From NCBI GenBank assembly GCA_002269645.1, contig NIVC01002359.1:62001-126000 (forward strand): DNA of 64,000 nt. Direction: 5' to 3'. The stretch is from Macrostomum lignano (taxonomy: Eukaryota). The notes under the pieces are model-generated. The model did no database searches. It was not told the DNA's origin and worked only from the letters and a program-made list of their open reading frames with translations. Shown here piece after piece: positions 20,220 to 34,149 of this stretch. How positions within the stretch are numbered: the first letter of the stretch is position 1; each line of letters starts with the position of its first letter. The position numbers and the translations under genes were made by a program.

Positions 20220-21010
20220 CTAATCTAGCCTACATCATGGATGCAGGAATAGAATGGATTGCTAATCTAGCTTACATTATGGATGCAGGAATAGAATGGG
20301 TTGCTAATCTAGCCAACATCATGGATGCAGGAATAGAATGGATTGCTAATCTAGCTTACATTATGGATGCAGGAATAGAATGGGTTGCTAATCTAGCCAA
20401 CATCATGGATGCAGGAATAGAATGGATTGCTAATCTAGCCTACATCATGGATGCAGGAATAGAATGGATTGCTAATCTAGCCTACATCATGGATGCAGGA
20501 ATAGAATGGATTGCTAATCTAGCCTACATCATGGATGCAGGAATAGAATGGATTGCTAATCTAGCCAACATCATGGATGCAGGAATAGAATGGATTGCTA
20601 ATCTAGCCAACATCATGGATGCAGGAATAGAATGGATTGCTAATCTAGCCAACATCATGGATGCAGGAATAGAATGGATTGCTAATCTAGCCTACATCAT
20701 GGATGCAGGAATAGAATGGATTGCTAATCTAGCTTACATTATGGATGCAGGAATAGAATGGGTTGCTAATCTAGCCAACATCATGGATGCAGGAATAGAA
20801 TGGATTGCTAATCTAGCTTACATTATGGATGCAGGAATAGAATGGGTTGCTAATCTAGCCAACATCATGGATGCAGGAATATAATGGGTTGCTAATCTAG
20901 CCAACATCATGGATGCAGGAATAGAATGGGTTGCTAATCTAGCCAACATCATGGATGCAGGAATAGAAAGGGATTGCTAGTCTAGCCAACATCATGGATG
21001 CAGGAATAGA
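20220..21010. repeat. 42-bp minisatellite
   Basis: Unit ATGGATGCAGGAATAGAATGGATTGCTAATCTAGCCTACATC. Confidence 0.97.
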
Positions 21011-21619
21011 GTGGGTTGCTGATGTTACTAATAGCAGTCGCTAGGCAATAAGTTTCAGCAACAGTTGCCATTTGCACAAAAGCGCACTTGTCGCAAAATA
21101 ATGTCTATCTTGCCTTTTCCCCAACTTCAAGTTCAACTTCAATAAGCTGCGGTCGCCCCCCCCCCGGTTTCAGCGGCCCATGGTGGCCTGCAGACAGCAG
21201 CTGACAGCGGAGGCGCCCAGACAACCCCTGGCCAGAAGATTGGCACGCACTCTTCATGCTAATTGATCTGGTCAGCTCGGGGGGGATTTTTCTATATTGC
21301 TACTAATAGCCAGGCTTAACCGCACAGTCACCTGCCTCGCACCGGACCCCACCGGACCCCCGTTGTGCGCCCCAAGACAAAGAGATCTAACTTGGACAAT
21401 TGTCTGCGAGCATTATAGACAATTTCGAAAGTTTAAAAGAATAAAAAACCCATGGTAACTGCGTGCGCAATTGACCTACTGTAAGTAGCAACACGCAGTT
21501 GTCGAAAAATTAAGAAAATACGATTTCAACTTCAAGCACGTTTTAAAATTCAAGCGTTACACTAGATTATATATTTTTTGTACAGCAGGCATAGTAGAAT
21601 ACAGTCAAGGTCAATTAAG

Positions 21620-22310
<691 letters not shown>

Positions 22311-22699
22311 TAAAACCGCAGCTGCCTGAAGCCCTCCAAATTTGAATTGAGAATCAGAAGGTGAGCTGAGGCGCCTTCAGAGAGCCGTAGCTGACAGCTT
22401 CGCTCACTGTCTCAATGTTCTGCACTGGATTGGAGCGGAGGCCGAATCGCCTGGTCAGGAAAACGGAGCTGCAAATTTGGGAAAGAAAAATGCACGAATT
22501 TCAGATGCTGTCCGACCAATTCGCTTTTTTCTGATATGTATATTGAAAATTGTGAAAATAACTTCTCTTCTAACTTCTAAGAAACAATACCACACTTTTT
22601 AAAAGCATCAATACCACTTTTCTAAAAATCAATGCCTAAGAATGCCTTCTTTTCTAAGAATCATAACCTCTTTTCAAAGAATCAATACCGCTTTTCTAG

Positions 22700-23000
22700 G
22701 AATCAATACCTCTTCAAAGAACTAATACCGCTTTTCTAAGAATCAATGCCTCATTATTCAAAGAATCAATACCGCTTTTCTAAGAATCAATACCGCTTTT
22801 CTAAGAATAAATACCGCTTTTCTAAGAATAAATACCACTTTTCTAAGAATCAATACCACTTTTCTAAGAATCAATATCACTTTTCTAAGAATCAATACCA
22901 CTTTTCTAAGAATCAATACCGCTTTTCTAAGAATCAATACCAATTTCAAAGAATCAATACCTCATTTTTCAAATAATCAATACCCACTTTCTAAGAATCA
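22700..23000. repeat. 21-bp minisatellite
   Basis: Unit TTTTCTAAGAATCAATACCGC. Confidence 0.9.
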
Positions 23001-23368
23001 ATACTTCTTTTTCTAAGAATAAGCACCTCATTTCCAAGAACTTAATGCCTCATTTCCAAGAACTTAATGCCTCATTTCTAAGAGTCAACATCTCCTTTTT
23101 AAGAACCAACTTCTCGCTCTTAAGAGTAGACAACTCATTTCTAAGAATCGGTACTATTTTTCTTAGAAATTACGAGCGTAGACATTATATTTATAGCTAG
23201 CACTGCATTTCTTAGAATCGGCATTCATATTTTTAAAAACACAATACTATTTATTCTCAATGAGCACGAGCTACTATACTAATTTCAAAGTCACCAACTT
23301 TATTACAAAAAAGAAACGAAGCCCCGTTTCTAAGAATTTTCATTTTATTTAAACAATTTCCACAAGCC

Positions 23369-26300
23369 TCACAGCAGGGCAGCGAGCAGCACAGCGCCAG
23401 CGGCAGCCAGCCCCAGAGCCGTCATGTGCAGCCGGTGAGTCTCGGCCAGTCTCAGCTCCCTCTGCTGCCAGCGCCTGTCCGGCCCCGGACCCTTCCAGCT
23501 GCCGCAGCGCGGGAAATTTGCGGGCACCCCGGCTGACCAGCTGGCCGCGTCTCCCACCAGCAGCAGCAGCCCCATGCCGATCTCCACGTGGAACTCCAGG
23601 TGGCAGTGCAGCAGCCATACGCCTGCGAAAGAAAACCGGGCTCGCTGTCTTATCTCACTCTCTCGCTGTCTATCTCACTCTCTCGCTGTCTTATCTCACT
23701 CTCTCGCTGTCTATCTCTCTCTCTCGCTGTTTTATCTCACTCTCTCGCTGTCTATCTCACTCTCTCGCTGTCTATTTCACTTTCTCGCTGTTTTATCTCA
23801 CTCTCTCGCTGTCTATCTCACTCTCTCGCTGTCTTATCTCACTCTCTCGCTGTCTTATCTCACTCTCTCGCTGTCTATCTCACTCTCTCGCTATCTTATC
23901 TCACTCTCTCGCTGTCTATCTCACTCTCTCGCTGTCTTATCTCACTCTCTCGCTGTCTTATCTCACTCTCTCGCTATCTTATCTCACTCTCTCGCTGTCT
24001 ATCTCACTCTCTCGCTGTCTATCTCACTCTCTCGCTGTCTTATCTCACTCTCTCGCTGTCTATCTCACTCTCTCGCTGTCTTATCTCACTCTCTCGCTGT
24101 CTTATCTCACTCTCTCGCTGTCTTATCTCACTCTTTCGCTGTCTATCTCACTCTCTCACTGTCTATCTCACTCTCTTACTGTCTATCTCACTCTTTCGCT
24201 GTCTATCTCACTCTCTCGCTGTCTTATCTCACTCTTTCGCTGTCTATCTCACTCTCTCACTGTCTATCTCACTCTCTTACTGTCTATCTCACTCTCTCGC
24301 TGTCTATCTCACTCTCTTACTGTCTATCTCACTCTCTCACTGTCTATCTCACTCTCTTACTGTCTATCTCACTCTCTCGCTGTCTATCTCACTCTCTTAC
24401 TGTCTATCTCACTCTCTCACTGTCTTATCTCACTCTTTCGCTGTCTATCTCACTCTCTCACTGTCTATCTCACTCTCTTACTGTCTATCTCACTCTTTCG
24501 CTGTCTATCTCACTCTCTCGCTGTCTTATCTCACTCTTTCGCTGTCTATCTCACTCTCTCGCTGTCTTATCTCACTCTTTCGCTGTCTATCTCACTCTCT
24601 CACTGTCTATCTCACTCTCTTACTGTCTATCTCACTCTCTCGCTGTCTATCTCACTCTCTTACTGTCTATCTCACTCTCTCACTGTCTATCTCACTCTCT
24701 TACTGTCTATCTCACTCTCTCGCTGTCTATCTCACTCTCTTACTGTCTATCTCACTCTCTCACTGTCTATCTCACTGTTTATCTCACTGTCTATCTCACT
24801 GTCTATCGCACTGTCTATCTCACTGTCTATCTCACTGTCTATCTCACTGTCTATCTCACTGTCTATCTCACTGTCTATCTCACTGTCTATCTCACTGTCT
24901 ATCTCACTCTCTTACTGTCTATCTCACTCTCTCACTGTCTATCTCACTGTCTATCTCACTGTCTATCTCACTCTATCCATCTTACTTTATATCAAGCTCT
25001 CCCCCTTTTCTCTGCCAGTCCCTCACCAGGATTGTCGGTGCGAAACCGCAGCACAGTGTAGCCCCCGTCGGGCACAATCACGGTGTCCTTCATCACCGGT
25101 CTGTCCAGATTCCTGCGCAACAGGCCGGCCGAGTCCCGCCTCTTCACCTCGGCAACAGAAACGTTTTTGCCGAGCTATGAATTAAAAAATGAAATAATAA
25201 TGTCACACTGGGTCCTGAACTTGACGTACTGGGTCATGGACTTAACACTCCTTTGTTTCATGGATTCCCCTGTTGATCTCGAGAATTCCCCTATTGATCT
25301 TGAGGATTCCCTTGTTGATCTCGAGAGTTCCCTTGTTGATCCTAAGGATTCCCTTGTTGATTCCAAGGATTCCCTTGCTGATCTAAAGGATTCCCCTGTT
25401 GATCTTAAGGATTCCCTTGATGATCTCGAGAATTGCTTTGTTGATCCTAAGAATTCCCTTGTTGATCCCAAGGATTCCCTCGTTGATCTTAAGGATTCCC
25501 CTGTTGATCTTGAGGATTCCCCTGCTGATCTCGAGAATGCCCCTATTGATCTTAAGAATTCCCTTGTTGATCCCAAGGATTCCCTTGTTGATCTTAAGGA
25601 TTCCCCTGCTGATCCCAAGGATCCCCCTGTTGATCTCAAGGATTCCCCATGTTGATCTCGAGGATTCCCTATATTAATCTCGAGGATTCCCATGTTAACC
25701 TCGAGGATTCCCCCTGTTAATCTGAAGGATTCTCCTGTTGATCCCAGGGATTCCCCTGTTGGTCCTCAGGATCTCGACAATATTTACCTTTTCCATTCCG
25801 ATAACGCGAAAGAAATGGCCGTGCAGGTGGAACGGGTGGCTGGCATCGAAGGTGAAGCCTTTGTCGATGAGCACCAGCTCCACCGTCTTATTGACGCCCA
25901 GGCGGAGAGCGTGGTGGCAGGCCTTGAATTCGGTCTCCAAGCTGGGATCGAAATCGGTGTTGTTGCAAATGTGCGACTGCGGGAACGGCGGCAGAGTGGA
26001 GGGACCTTCGTTCGGTCCTACAGATCCAGATCCCAATTTTTGATCCCAATGATACCCATGTTGATCCCAATGATCCCAATGTTGATCCCAATGATCCCAA
26101 TGTTGATCCCAATGATCCCAATGATAGCCATGTTTGATCCCAATGATCCCAATGGTTGATCCCAATGATCCCAATCATCCCATTGGTTGATCCCAATGAT
26201 CACAATGATCCCAATGTTTGATCCCAATGATCCCAATGATCCCATTGGTTGATCAAAATGATACCAATGTTGATCTCAATGATCCAAATATTGATCTCAA

Positions 26301-29300
26301 TGATCCAAATAATGATCTTAATGATTCCAATAATTGATTCCAATGATCCCAATGGTTGATCCCAATGATCCCAATCATCCCATTGGTTGATCCCAATGAT
26401 CCCAATGATCCCAATTTTCGATCCCAATGATCCCAGTATTTCGATCTCAATGATTCCAATGTTTGTCTCAATGATACCCATGTTTAATCCCAATGATCCC
26501 AATGTTGATCCAAATGATCCCAATGATCCCAATGATTGATCCCAATCATCCCAATCATCCCATTGGTTGATCCCAATGATCCCAATCATCCCAATGGTTG
26601 ATCCCAATGATCCCAATCATCCCATTGGTTGATCCCAATGATCCCAATGATCCCAATTTTTTATCCCAATGATCCCAATCATCCCATTGGTTGATCCAAA
26701 TGATACCAATGTTGATCTCAATGGTCCCAATGTTGATCTCAATGGTCCCAATGTTGATCTCAATGGTCCCAATGTTGATCTCAATGGTCCCAATATTGAT
26801 CTCAATGATCCAAATAATGATCTTAATGATTCCAATGATTGATTCCAATGATCCCAATGGTTGATCCCAATGATCCCAATGGTTGATCCCAATGATCCCA
26901 ATCATCCCATTGGTTGATCCCAATGATCCCAATGATCCCAATGGTTGATCTCAATAATCCCAACGGCCCACCTGCAGCACATCGTCAAACTGGTACAGCA
27001 GCGGCGCCGGCGGCATGTGCAAAGCGACATTGTTAATCTGCGGCGTGTACAAGTGACCGTCGGACTTCCTGACGGCGCTGATGGGGTAATAGGCTGGGTG
27101 GTGGTAGCGGCTGTTGTTCACCACCTCGAAATCGAAGGCCAGGTAGAACTTGGCGTCAACTGGACCGTCAACGGTCAGGTGGTCGGCCGGCGGCCAGCCG
27201 GCCGGCGTCCGCAGCGACGTCACGTCGATGTGATTCGCGTCCGGCGCCCGGTTGAACGGATTCAGCTGACGGCCTCCCGGCCGGCCGAGCATGTCCGAGT
27301 AGGCTGGGTTCCCGGCGCCCTGCAGTGGCGTCTCGTCGATACCGGCGTAGCTCACGATGGCGGACTGCCTGGCGGTGAGGTGGGGATTTGGACTTTTCAA
27401 GTATCTCATATCCCATTTCCCATACCCCACACCCCATATCCCATACCCCACACCCCATATCCCATACCTCACACCCCATATCCTATACCCCAGGTCTCAT
27501 ATCCCATACCCCACATCCCATACCCCACACCCTATATCCCGCACCCCAGATCTCAAATCTTATACCTCACATCCCATACTCCATACCCCATACCACACAT
27601 CCCATATCCCATACCCCAGATCTCATATCCCTTACCTCACATCCCATACCACATACCACACATCTGATATCCTATACCCCACACCCAATATCCCATATCC
27701 TTCATCCCAGTTCCCACATCCTATATCCCGTATCCCATATCCTATATCACTTATCCCATATCAAATATCTCATATCATATATCAAAATCCCAGATCCCAC
27801 CTCCATAGTCCGAATCCCAAATCCAATGCTTAAAAATCCCTAGTTTTATACTCCAAATTATAGATCGCAACATCCGAATCTCAAATCCCAAGTCTTAACA
27901 CTCAGAATCGCAAATTTCATACTAAAAATTGGCGAATCCCTTATCTCCCCAAGCGAACCTGGCCATGGTGAAGCGGGAGTCGCAGTCGGCCAGGCCGGCC
28001 ACCATCAGCAGGTAGTTGCCAGGCGGTCGGTCCGCTGTCAGCACGAAGTCAAAGCGCTCGCCGGCGTATATGATCAGCGAGTCGACCTCGATCGGCACCA
28101 CTGGGGCGCCGTCTGTGGCGATGACCAGCAGGCTGTGGTTGGCGACAGACAGCACGAACGGGCAGTTGAGGATGGCGTTGCTAATGACGCGAACTCGGTG
28201 GCGAAGGCCGCTGCGAACTCGGAGCACGTAGCGGGGAGTTTGGGGGCCGCCGGCGGAGCTGGGGGCGAAGGCGCCTCGGCCTGGGGGGACGGCGAGTAGC
28301 GATCACAAAGTCTAGGGGGTTAGATATTAGAGATCACAAAGTCTAGGGGGTTAGATATTAGAGATCACAAAGTCTAGGGGGTTAGATATTAGAGATCACA
28401 AAGTCTAGGGGGTTAGATATTAGAGATCACAAAGTCTAGGGGGTTAGATATTAGAGATCACAAAGTCTAGGGGGTTAGATATTAGAGATCACAAAGTCTA
28501 GGGGGTTAGATTTTAGAGATTACAAAGTCTAGGGGGTTAGATTTTAGAGATTACAAAGTCTAGGGGGTTAGATTTTAGAGATCAGGTATTAGAGATTCGG
28601 GATTAGATTGAAGATTAGCTATCAGAGATTGGGAATAGGCATTAGAATTAAGGATTAGGGACTAGCGAGTAGGGATTCGTGATTAGAGATTAGGGATTAG
28701 GGATTAGAGATTAGGGATTATGGTTTAGGGATTAGGGATTAGGGATTAGGGATTAGTGATTAGAGATTAGGGATTAGGGATTAGAGGTTAGTGATTAGAG
28801 ATTAGGGATTATGGATTAAGGGATTAGGGATTAGGGATTAGGGATTAGGGATTAGAGGTTAGTGATTAGAGATTAGGGATTAGAGGTTAGTGATTAGAGA
28901 TTAGGGATTATGGTTTAGGGATTAGGGATTAGGGATTAGGGATTAGTGATTAGAGGTTAGTGATTAGAGATTAGGGATTATGGATTAAGGGATTAGGGAT
29001 TAGGGATTGGTAAAAGACGATGTGGATTAGGGTTTAAAGAAGCGGTCTACTGGGATTAAGCATCAACAGTAGTACGAGCTAGAGATTAGGAAACAGACGA
29101 TTGGTATTCGGTAGGGATTTAGGAAAACTGGATAAGGATTAATGATCATGGAATAGTCGATTTGGATTAGTCCGCTATGTGGATAAAGAATTAGGAAACA
29201 TAAATAGATAAGGATTAGAAATCGTGAGCATTAGGTGGATTTTGAAAAGTTCCTAAAAATTGCTACATTTTTGAAAAGAAAATCCTAAAAGATGAATATG

Positions 29301-31907
29301 ATTTATTGGCCCACCATTAATGATCAGGCCTTTCGGCTTGTTATCCCCGTTAGAGTAATGGTGAGCAGCGAATTTGGTGGCTCCGAGTTCGTGGAACCAA
29401 TCGGAGAGCAGCAGCGTGTGCTCCGGCTGGTCGGTGTCATACAGGCCGGCGTGGGGGTCCGCGGCCTGCCGGACCACCAGCGGGCCGAAGATGCCCTCGC
29501 TGCGCTGCAGACCGGAGTGCGAGTGCCAGTAGTGCGTCCCGGCCGGGGACGCTGCGAACCTGGGGTGGGCAGGTAGGTAGGTAGGTAGGTAGGTCTGTAG
29601 CTAGGTAGGTAGGTAGGTCTGTAGCTAGGTAGGTAGGTAGGTCTGTAGCTAGGTAGGTATGTAGGTCGGTAGGTAGGTCGGTAGCTAGGTAGGTAGGTAG
29701 GTCGGTAGGTTTTGTGGGTAGGTTGGTAGGTAGGTAGGTAGGTCGGTAGCCAGGTCGGTAGCTAGGTAGGTAGGTTGGTAAGTAGGTTGGGATGTAGGTG
29801 GATTAGGAAGTAGGTATGTAGAAACATGATTGGTTAGGTGCATAGATGTGCACATGTGTGTTAGCAGGTAGGCAAATGTGGACTTCAAACCTGTAGGTGA
29901 ATGACGAGTGCGCATTAATGGGGCACTGCGTTACCATGGAAACGCCGTCCATGTGTTGCGTCCCCACCTGGTGCATGCCGTGCCAGTGTACGGAGGTTCC
30001 CTCTCCCATTTCCATGAAGTTGTGCACCTCCGCTATCACGGTGTCGCCCTCGCAGACGTGAATCCCGGGGCCGCTGAGCTGGCGGTTCACGCTGAGCAGG
30101 GCCCGCTCCACGCCGTCCCCGGTGATGCAGTGAGGCCGGAAGCAGTCGGTGAGGTTTCGGGGGCAGTCGAAGCAGGCTTTGGACATGGTCATGAACCACT
30201 CCAGGCGGATGCGGTAGCGGCATTCGCGGGGTCCCGGATCAGCTGAGCAGTTGCGCACGCATTCGTGCTTGAACTCGTCTGAGGGGTTCAGGCGTAGCAA
30301 CGTGCTTAGCAACTGTCAGGAGCCGACACCTTCACATAGCAACCAGTAGCTTCACATAGCAACCAGTAGCTTCACATAGCAACCAGTAGCTTCACATAGC
30401 AACCAGTAGCTTCACATAGCAACCAGTAGCTTCACATAGCAACCAGTAGCTTCACATAGCAACCAGTAGCTTCACATAGCAACCAGTAGCTTCACATAGC
30501 AACCAGTAGCTCACATAGCGACCAGTAGCTTCACATAGCAACCAGTAGCTTCACATAGCATCCAATAGCTTCACATAGCATCCAATAGCTTCACATAGCA
30601 ACCAATAGCTTCCCTGGGGGCAAGGCAACTAAAAAGTTTCCATAAACAACCAGTTACCATAGACAAAACTATAAATGGAATCTGAAAACTGAAAAACCAC
30701 TCAAATATTCGCTCAAATTATTTAACAATTATAAAATAATCTGTTTTCTGTTTAGAACGTTGTTCTTACTTAGATAATTGCTCACAAAAGTAGCATAAAC
30801 TAACGACTATAATCTAAGCACAGCACAGCTTTAGTGCTTAGACTAAATTCTCTTGCAAATTCATGCAGAAAAAGTCTGGCCAATTTGAGCACTTGGCAAG
30901 CCTATCTTTAACAAACCTTACCCCGTTTTGCCTGCCACTTAAACGGAGAGCTGGCGTGCATTTGAACTTTTAAAAAAGGATTTACCAGCTGACTTACTTA
31001 TTATCGGGTTTCTTTCTAATAATAGTAGTCCTTTATCATTGGCATGCAATTTCAACAAATATGCACTGGCATTTAATGTTGGCGAAAATGTGCTCTGAGA
31101 TTTTTCAGGCAAGCTACGATTATATGTTGCAAAAAAGTATTCGGATAACTTCCGGCCGCCTTGCAGCCAGATTAGAAGCTATTTATATTACGAATGTGAA
31201 GTTTTGGTCATGGATATTTTCGGTCATAGAGTTTTGGTCATAGAGAGTCTTTGGTCGTAGAGAGTTTACAGTAAGTTAGGTCATGGAGATTTTCCGTCAT
31301 ACATGTAGAGAGTTTTAATCATAGAGTTTCAGTCGTAGAGAGTTTAGGTCATGGAGAGTTTCCGCTGTAAAGCTGGTTTTGGTCATAGAGTTTCAGTCAT
31401 AGAGAATTCCAGCCATAGTTTCAGTCACAAAGAGTTTCGGTCATAGAGAGTTTCGGTCATAGAGTTTAGGTCATAGAGTTTCAGTCATGGTTAGTTTTGG
31501 TCATATAGAATTTCCGTCAAATAGTTTCGATCGTAAAGAGTTTCCGTCATAGAGAATTCCAGCCACAGTTTCCGTCATAGAGAGTTTCAGTCATAGAGAA
31601 TTCCAGCCACAGTTTCAGTCATAGACAGTTTCAGTCATAGAGAATTCCAGCCACAGTTTCCGTCATAGAGAGTTTCCGTCATGAAGATTTTGTATCAGAC
31701 CTGTTTAGCCCTAGATATTTTCAGCCAACAAACGGTTGAGCTGTCAGTCTACTACAAAGCTAAATACGTATGCACAACAAGCATGAGAACTGTCTTACCA
31801 AAGAAGTGAAACAAATCTTCTTCAAGATCTTCCGCCATGGCAGGCGTTGAGCAAGCAGCAGCAGATAAAAGCAGCAACGTTAGAGCCACAGGATATCGCA
31901 GAATCAT
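23369..31907 (-). CDS. Laccase-type three-domain multicopper oxidase (animal MCO1/laccase-1-like) with signal peptide and hydrophobic C-terminal anchor, 8 exons, ~683 aa
   Basis: Exons 31799-31907, 29891-30278, 29315-29559, 27959-28280, 26972-27368, 25788-25976, 25027-25174, 23369-23622 (all GT-AG, phases match, 2052 nt). All four Cu motifs present: [33 protein letters not shown]-terminus [20 protein letters not shown]; Cys-rich N-terminal region as in animal laccases; C-terminus [15 protein letters not shown]. Confidence 0.93.
23640..24975. repeat. 20/21-bp (then 12-bp) minisatellite, laccase intron 7
   Basis: Unit CTGTCTATCTCACTCTCTCG. Confidence 0.97.
25260..25760. repeat. 21-bp minisatellite, laccase intron 6
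   Basis: Unit GGATTCCCTTGTTGATCTTAA-like. Confidence 0.9.
26035..26960. repeat. 9-bp-based minisatellite, laccase intron 5
   Basis: GATCCCAAT multimers with higher-order variants. Confidence 0.93.
27400..27790. repeat. Degenerate C/A-rich repeat, laccase intron 4
   Basis: ATATCCCATACCCCACACCCC-like units. Confidence 0.8.
28300..28580. repeat. 31-bp minisatellite, laccase intron 3
   Basis: Unit GATCACAAAGTCTAGGGGGTTAGATATTAGA, ~9 copies. Confidence 0.95.
28660..29010. repeat. Telomere-like (TTAGGGA)n array, laccase intron 3
   Basis: GGGATTAGGGATTAGGGATTA with TTAGAGA/TTAGTGA variants. Confidence 0.9.
29570..29830. repeat. (GTAG)n-rich microsatellite, laccase intron 2
   Basis: Direct reading. 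Confidence 0.9.
30328..30612. repeat. 20-bp minisatellite, laccase intron 1
   Basis: Unit CTTCACATAGCAACCAGTAG, ~14 copies. Confidence 0.97.
31200..31690. repeat. Degenerate tandem repeat, laccase intron 1
   Basis: Recurrent AGAGTTTCAGTCATAG. Confidence 0.8.
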
Positions 31908-32479
31908 ATTTTCCTTTAGATAGCTTTATTAAAAATTCGGTCAAATATTGAATTCTGTATTTCGAATCTCTCGCGTCAATTAAAGTGACTTCAGAAACTC
32001 CCGAACAGTCAGTTCAGATTTCCAAGACAGATTTTTAAAGTCAATCAACACAGTTGCTGTATTTGTTATATAGAGAATGTTCAGGCTGACAGGTTATAGC
32101 GTTTCACCTTTGACCGAACCGACATTTAGAGGGCCCGTGTGTGGGTGCAATGTTGGTTAAATACAAGACTAATACCCACCCAAATACTCCCTATCTTCTA
32201 GGCAAGTGTATTGACATTCGGAAATGCAAATGCCTTTATAGGGCCTATATTTGCATGTGAAAATTAAAAAGGCGACTGACTTGGCTTGATAAATTTGCAT
32301 TACATGTCCAACACAGAGAGTAGGAGAGAGTTGGACGAAAGTCTAAACGTTTGCGCTGCTGTAAATGAAGGCAGCGTGCCCAGCAATAACTGCTTGAAGG
32401 AATGAATGAATGGCCTATAGATAGAGATGGATATCAAGACTAAACTAGAGTGCTAACAGTCTTCTGTTTGGCAGTGAAT

Positions 32480-33010
32480 CGATGCCTGTTTCTCCCTGTT
32501 TCTCTCTGTTTCCTTCTGTTTCCTTCTGTTTCCTGTTTCCTTCTGTTTCCTGTTTCTTTCTGTTTCCTTCTGTTTCCTTCTGTTTTAGCCTTTTACTGTT
32601 TCTCTGTATATATATGTATCTGTTTCTTAGAGACTGTCTATTTCTGTTTTCCCTGTTTCTGCTTGTTTCTTTCATCTATGCTTCTTTCTATCTCTGTCTG
32701 CTTCTTTCTGTCTCTGTCTGTTTCTTTATGTCTCTGTCTGTTTCTTTCTATCTGTCTGTTTCTTTCTATCTCTGTTTCTTTCTGTCTCTGTCTGTTTCTT
32801 TCTATCTCTGTTTCTTTCTGTCTCTGTCTGTTTCTTTCTATCTCTGTTTCTTTCTTTCTATCTCTGTCTGTTTCTTTCTATCTCTGTCTGTTTCTTTCTG
32901 TCTCGGTCTGTTTCTTTCTGTTTCCTTCTGTTTCTGCCTGTTCTTTCTGTCTCTGCCTGTTTCTGACTGTTTCTTTCTGTCTCTGCCTGTTTCTGCCTGT
33001 TTCTGTTCGT
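32480..33010. repeat. Pyrimidine-rich (TCTG/TTTC) simple repeat
   Basis: Direct reading. Confidence 0.9.
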
Positions 33011-33539
33011 CTGTTTACAATTTTCTCCCTGAGGAAAACTTCCTGTTGCCGAGAATTAAAAAGAAACTGAAATAGAAAACAGTAAATAAACACCTTCTTG
33101 CTGAAGCAGCGCGACCGCTAAATCAGTAGTATATTGTGAATATTGTTATAGAAAATTCCAAATAGAAAGACAATACAAAGCAAATTCCGATAAAATGCAA
33201 CAAATGTCCGTTTAAAAAGTAACCACTTCAAGTACTCGCATAGCTTGACAACGAAAGAACATGCAAAAGTGATTTTTTTTATTTTAAAGAATACTTTTTT
33301 TAGAAACAATCCAGATTAAAACGTAAATGGTTAAAGTTTCACTGCATGACTAGCTTATGCTAAACAAAAATCGCCGAATAAACAAATTGAAAATATAACA
33401 TCCAGCGGACTAGACAGGTAAAAATGACACTTTGATGTAACTGTCACTCTGTTCCTGGCACTCTAGTTGGAGTATTCCACTCTGTTCCGGTCCCTCGTAT
33501 TGCATCGTTCTTTGTCACTCCATTCCCGTAACTCCATTC

Positions 33540-34145
33540 TCGTCTCTCCATCGCTGTCACTCCATCCCCGTCACTCTATCCCCGTCACTCCATCCCCGTC
33601 ACTCCATCCCCGTCACTCCATCCCCGTCACTCCATCCCCGTCACTCCATCCCCGTCACTCCATCCCCGTCACTCCATCCCCGTCACTCTATCCCCGTCAC
33701 TCCATCCCCGTCACTCCATCCCCGTCACTCCATCCCCGTCACTCCATCCCCGTCACTCTATCCCGTCACTCCATCCCCGTCACTCCATCCCCGTCACTCC
33801 ATCCCCGTCACTCCATCCCCGTCACTCCATCCCCGTCACTCCATCCCCGTCACTCCATCCCCGTCACTCCATCCCCGTCACTCCATCCCCGTCACTCCAT
33901 CCCCGTCACTCCATCCCCGTCACTCCATCCCCGTCACTCCATCCCCGTCACTCCATCCCCGTCACTCCATCCCCGTCACTCCATCCCCGTCCCTCCATCC
34001 CCGTCACTCCATCCCCGTCACTCCATCCCCGTCACTCCATCCCCGTCACTCCATCCCCGTCACTCCATCCCCGTCACTCCATCCCCGTCACTCCATCCCC
34101 GTCACTCTATCCCGTCACTCCATCCCCGTCAATCCATCCCCGTCA
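33540..34145. repeat. 14-bp minisatellite starting directly after the TMX3 stop codon
   Basis: Unit CCATCCCCGTCACT. Confidence 0.97.
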
Positions 34146-34149
34146 CTCT

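Noticed and set aside
20237-20884. (MDAGIEWIANLAYI)n peptide-like ORF
   Set aside because: A pure 42-bp satellite. Later units acquire a stop (TAA at ~20882), and there is no signal peptide, processing site or unique flanking coding sequence.
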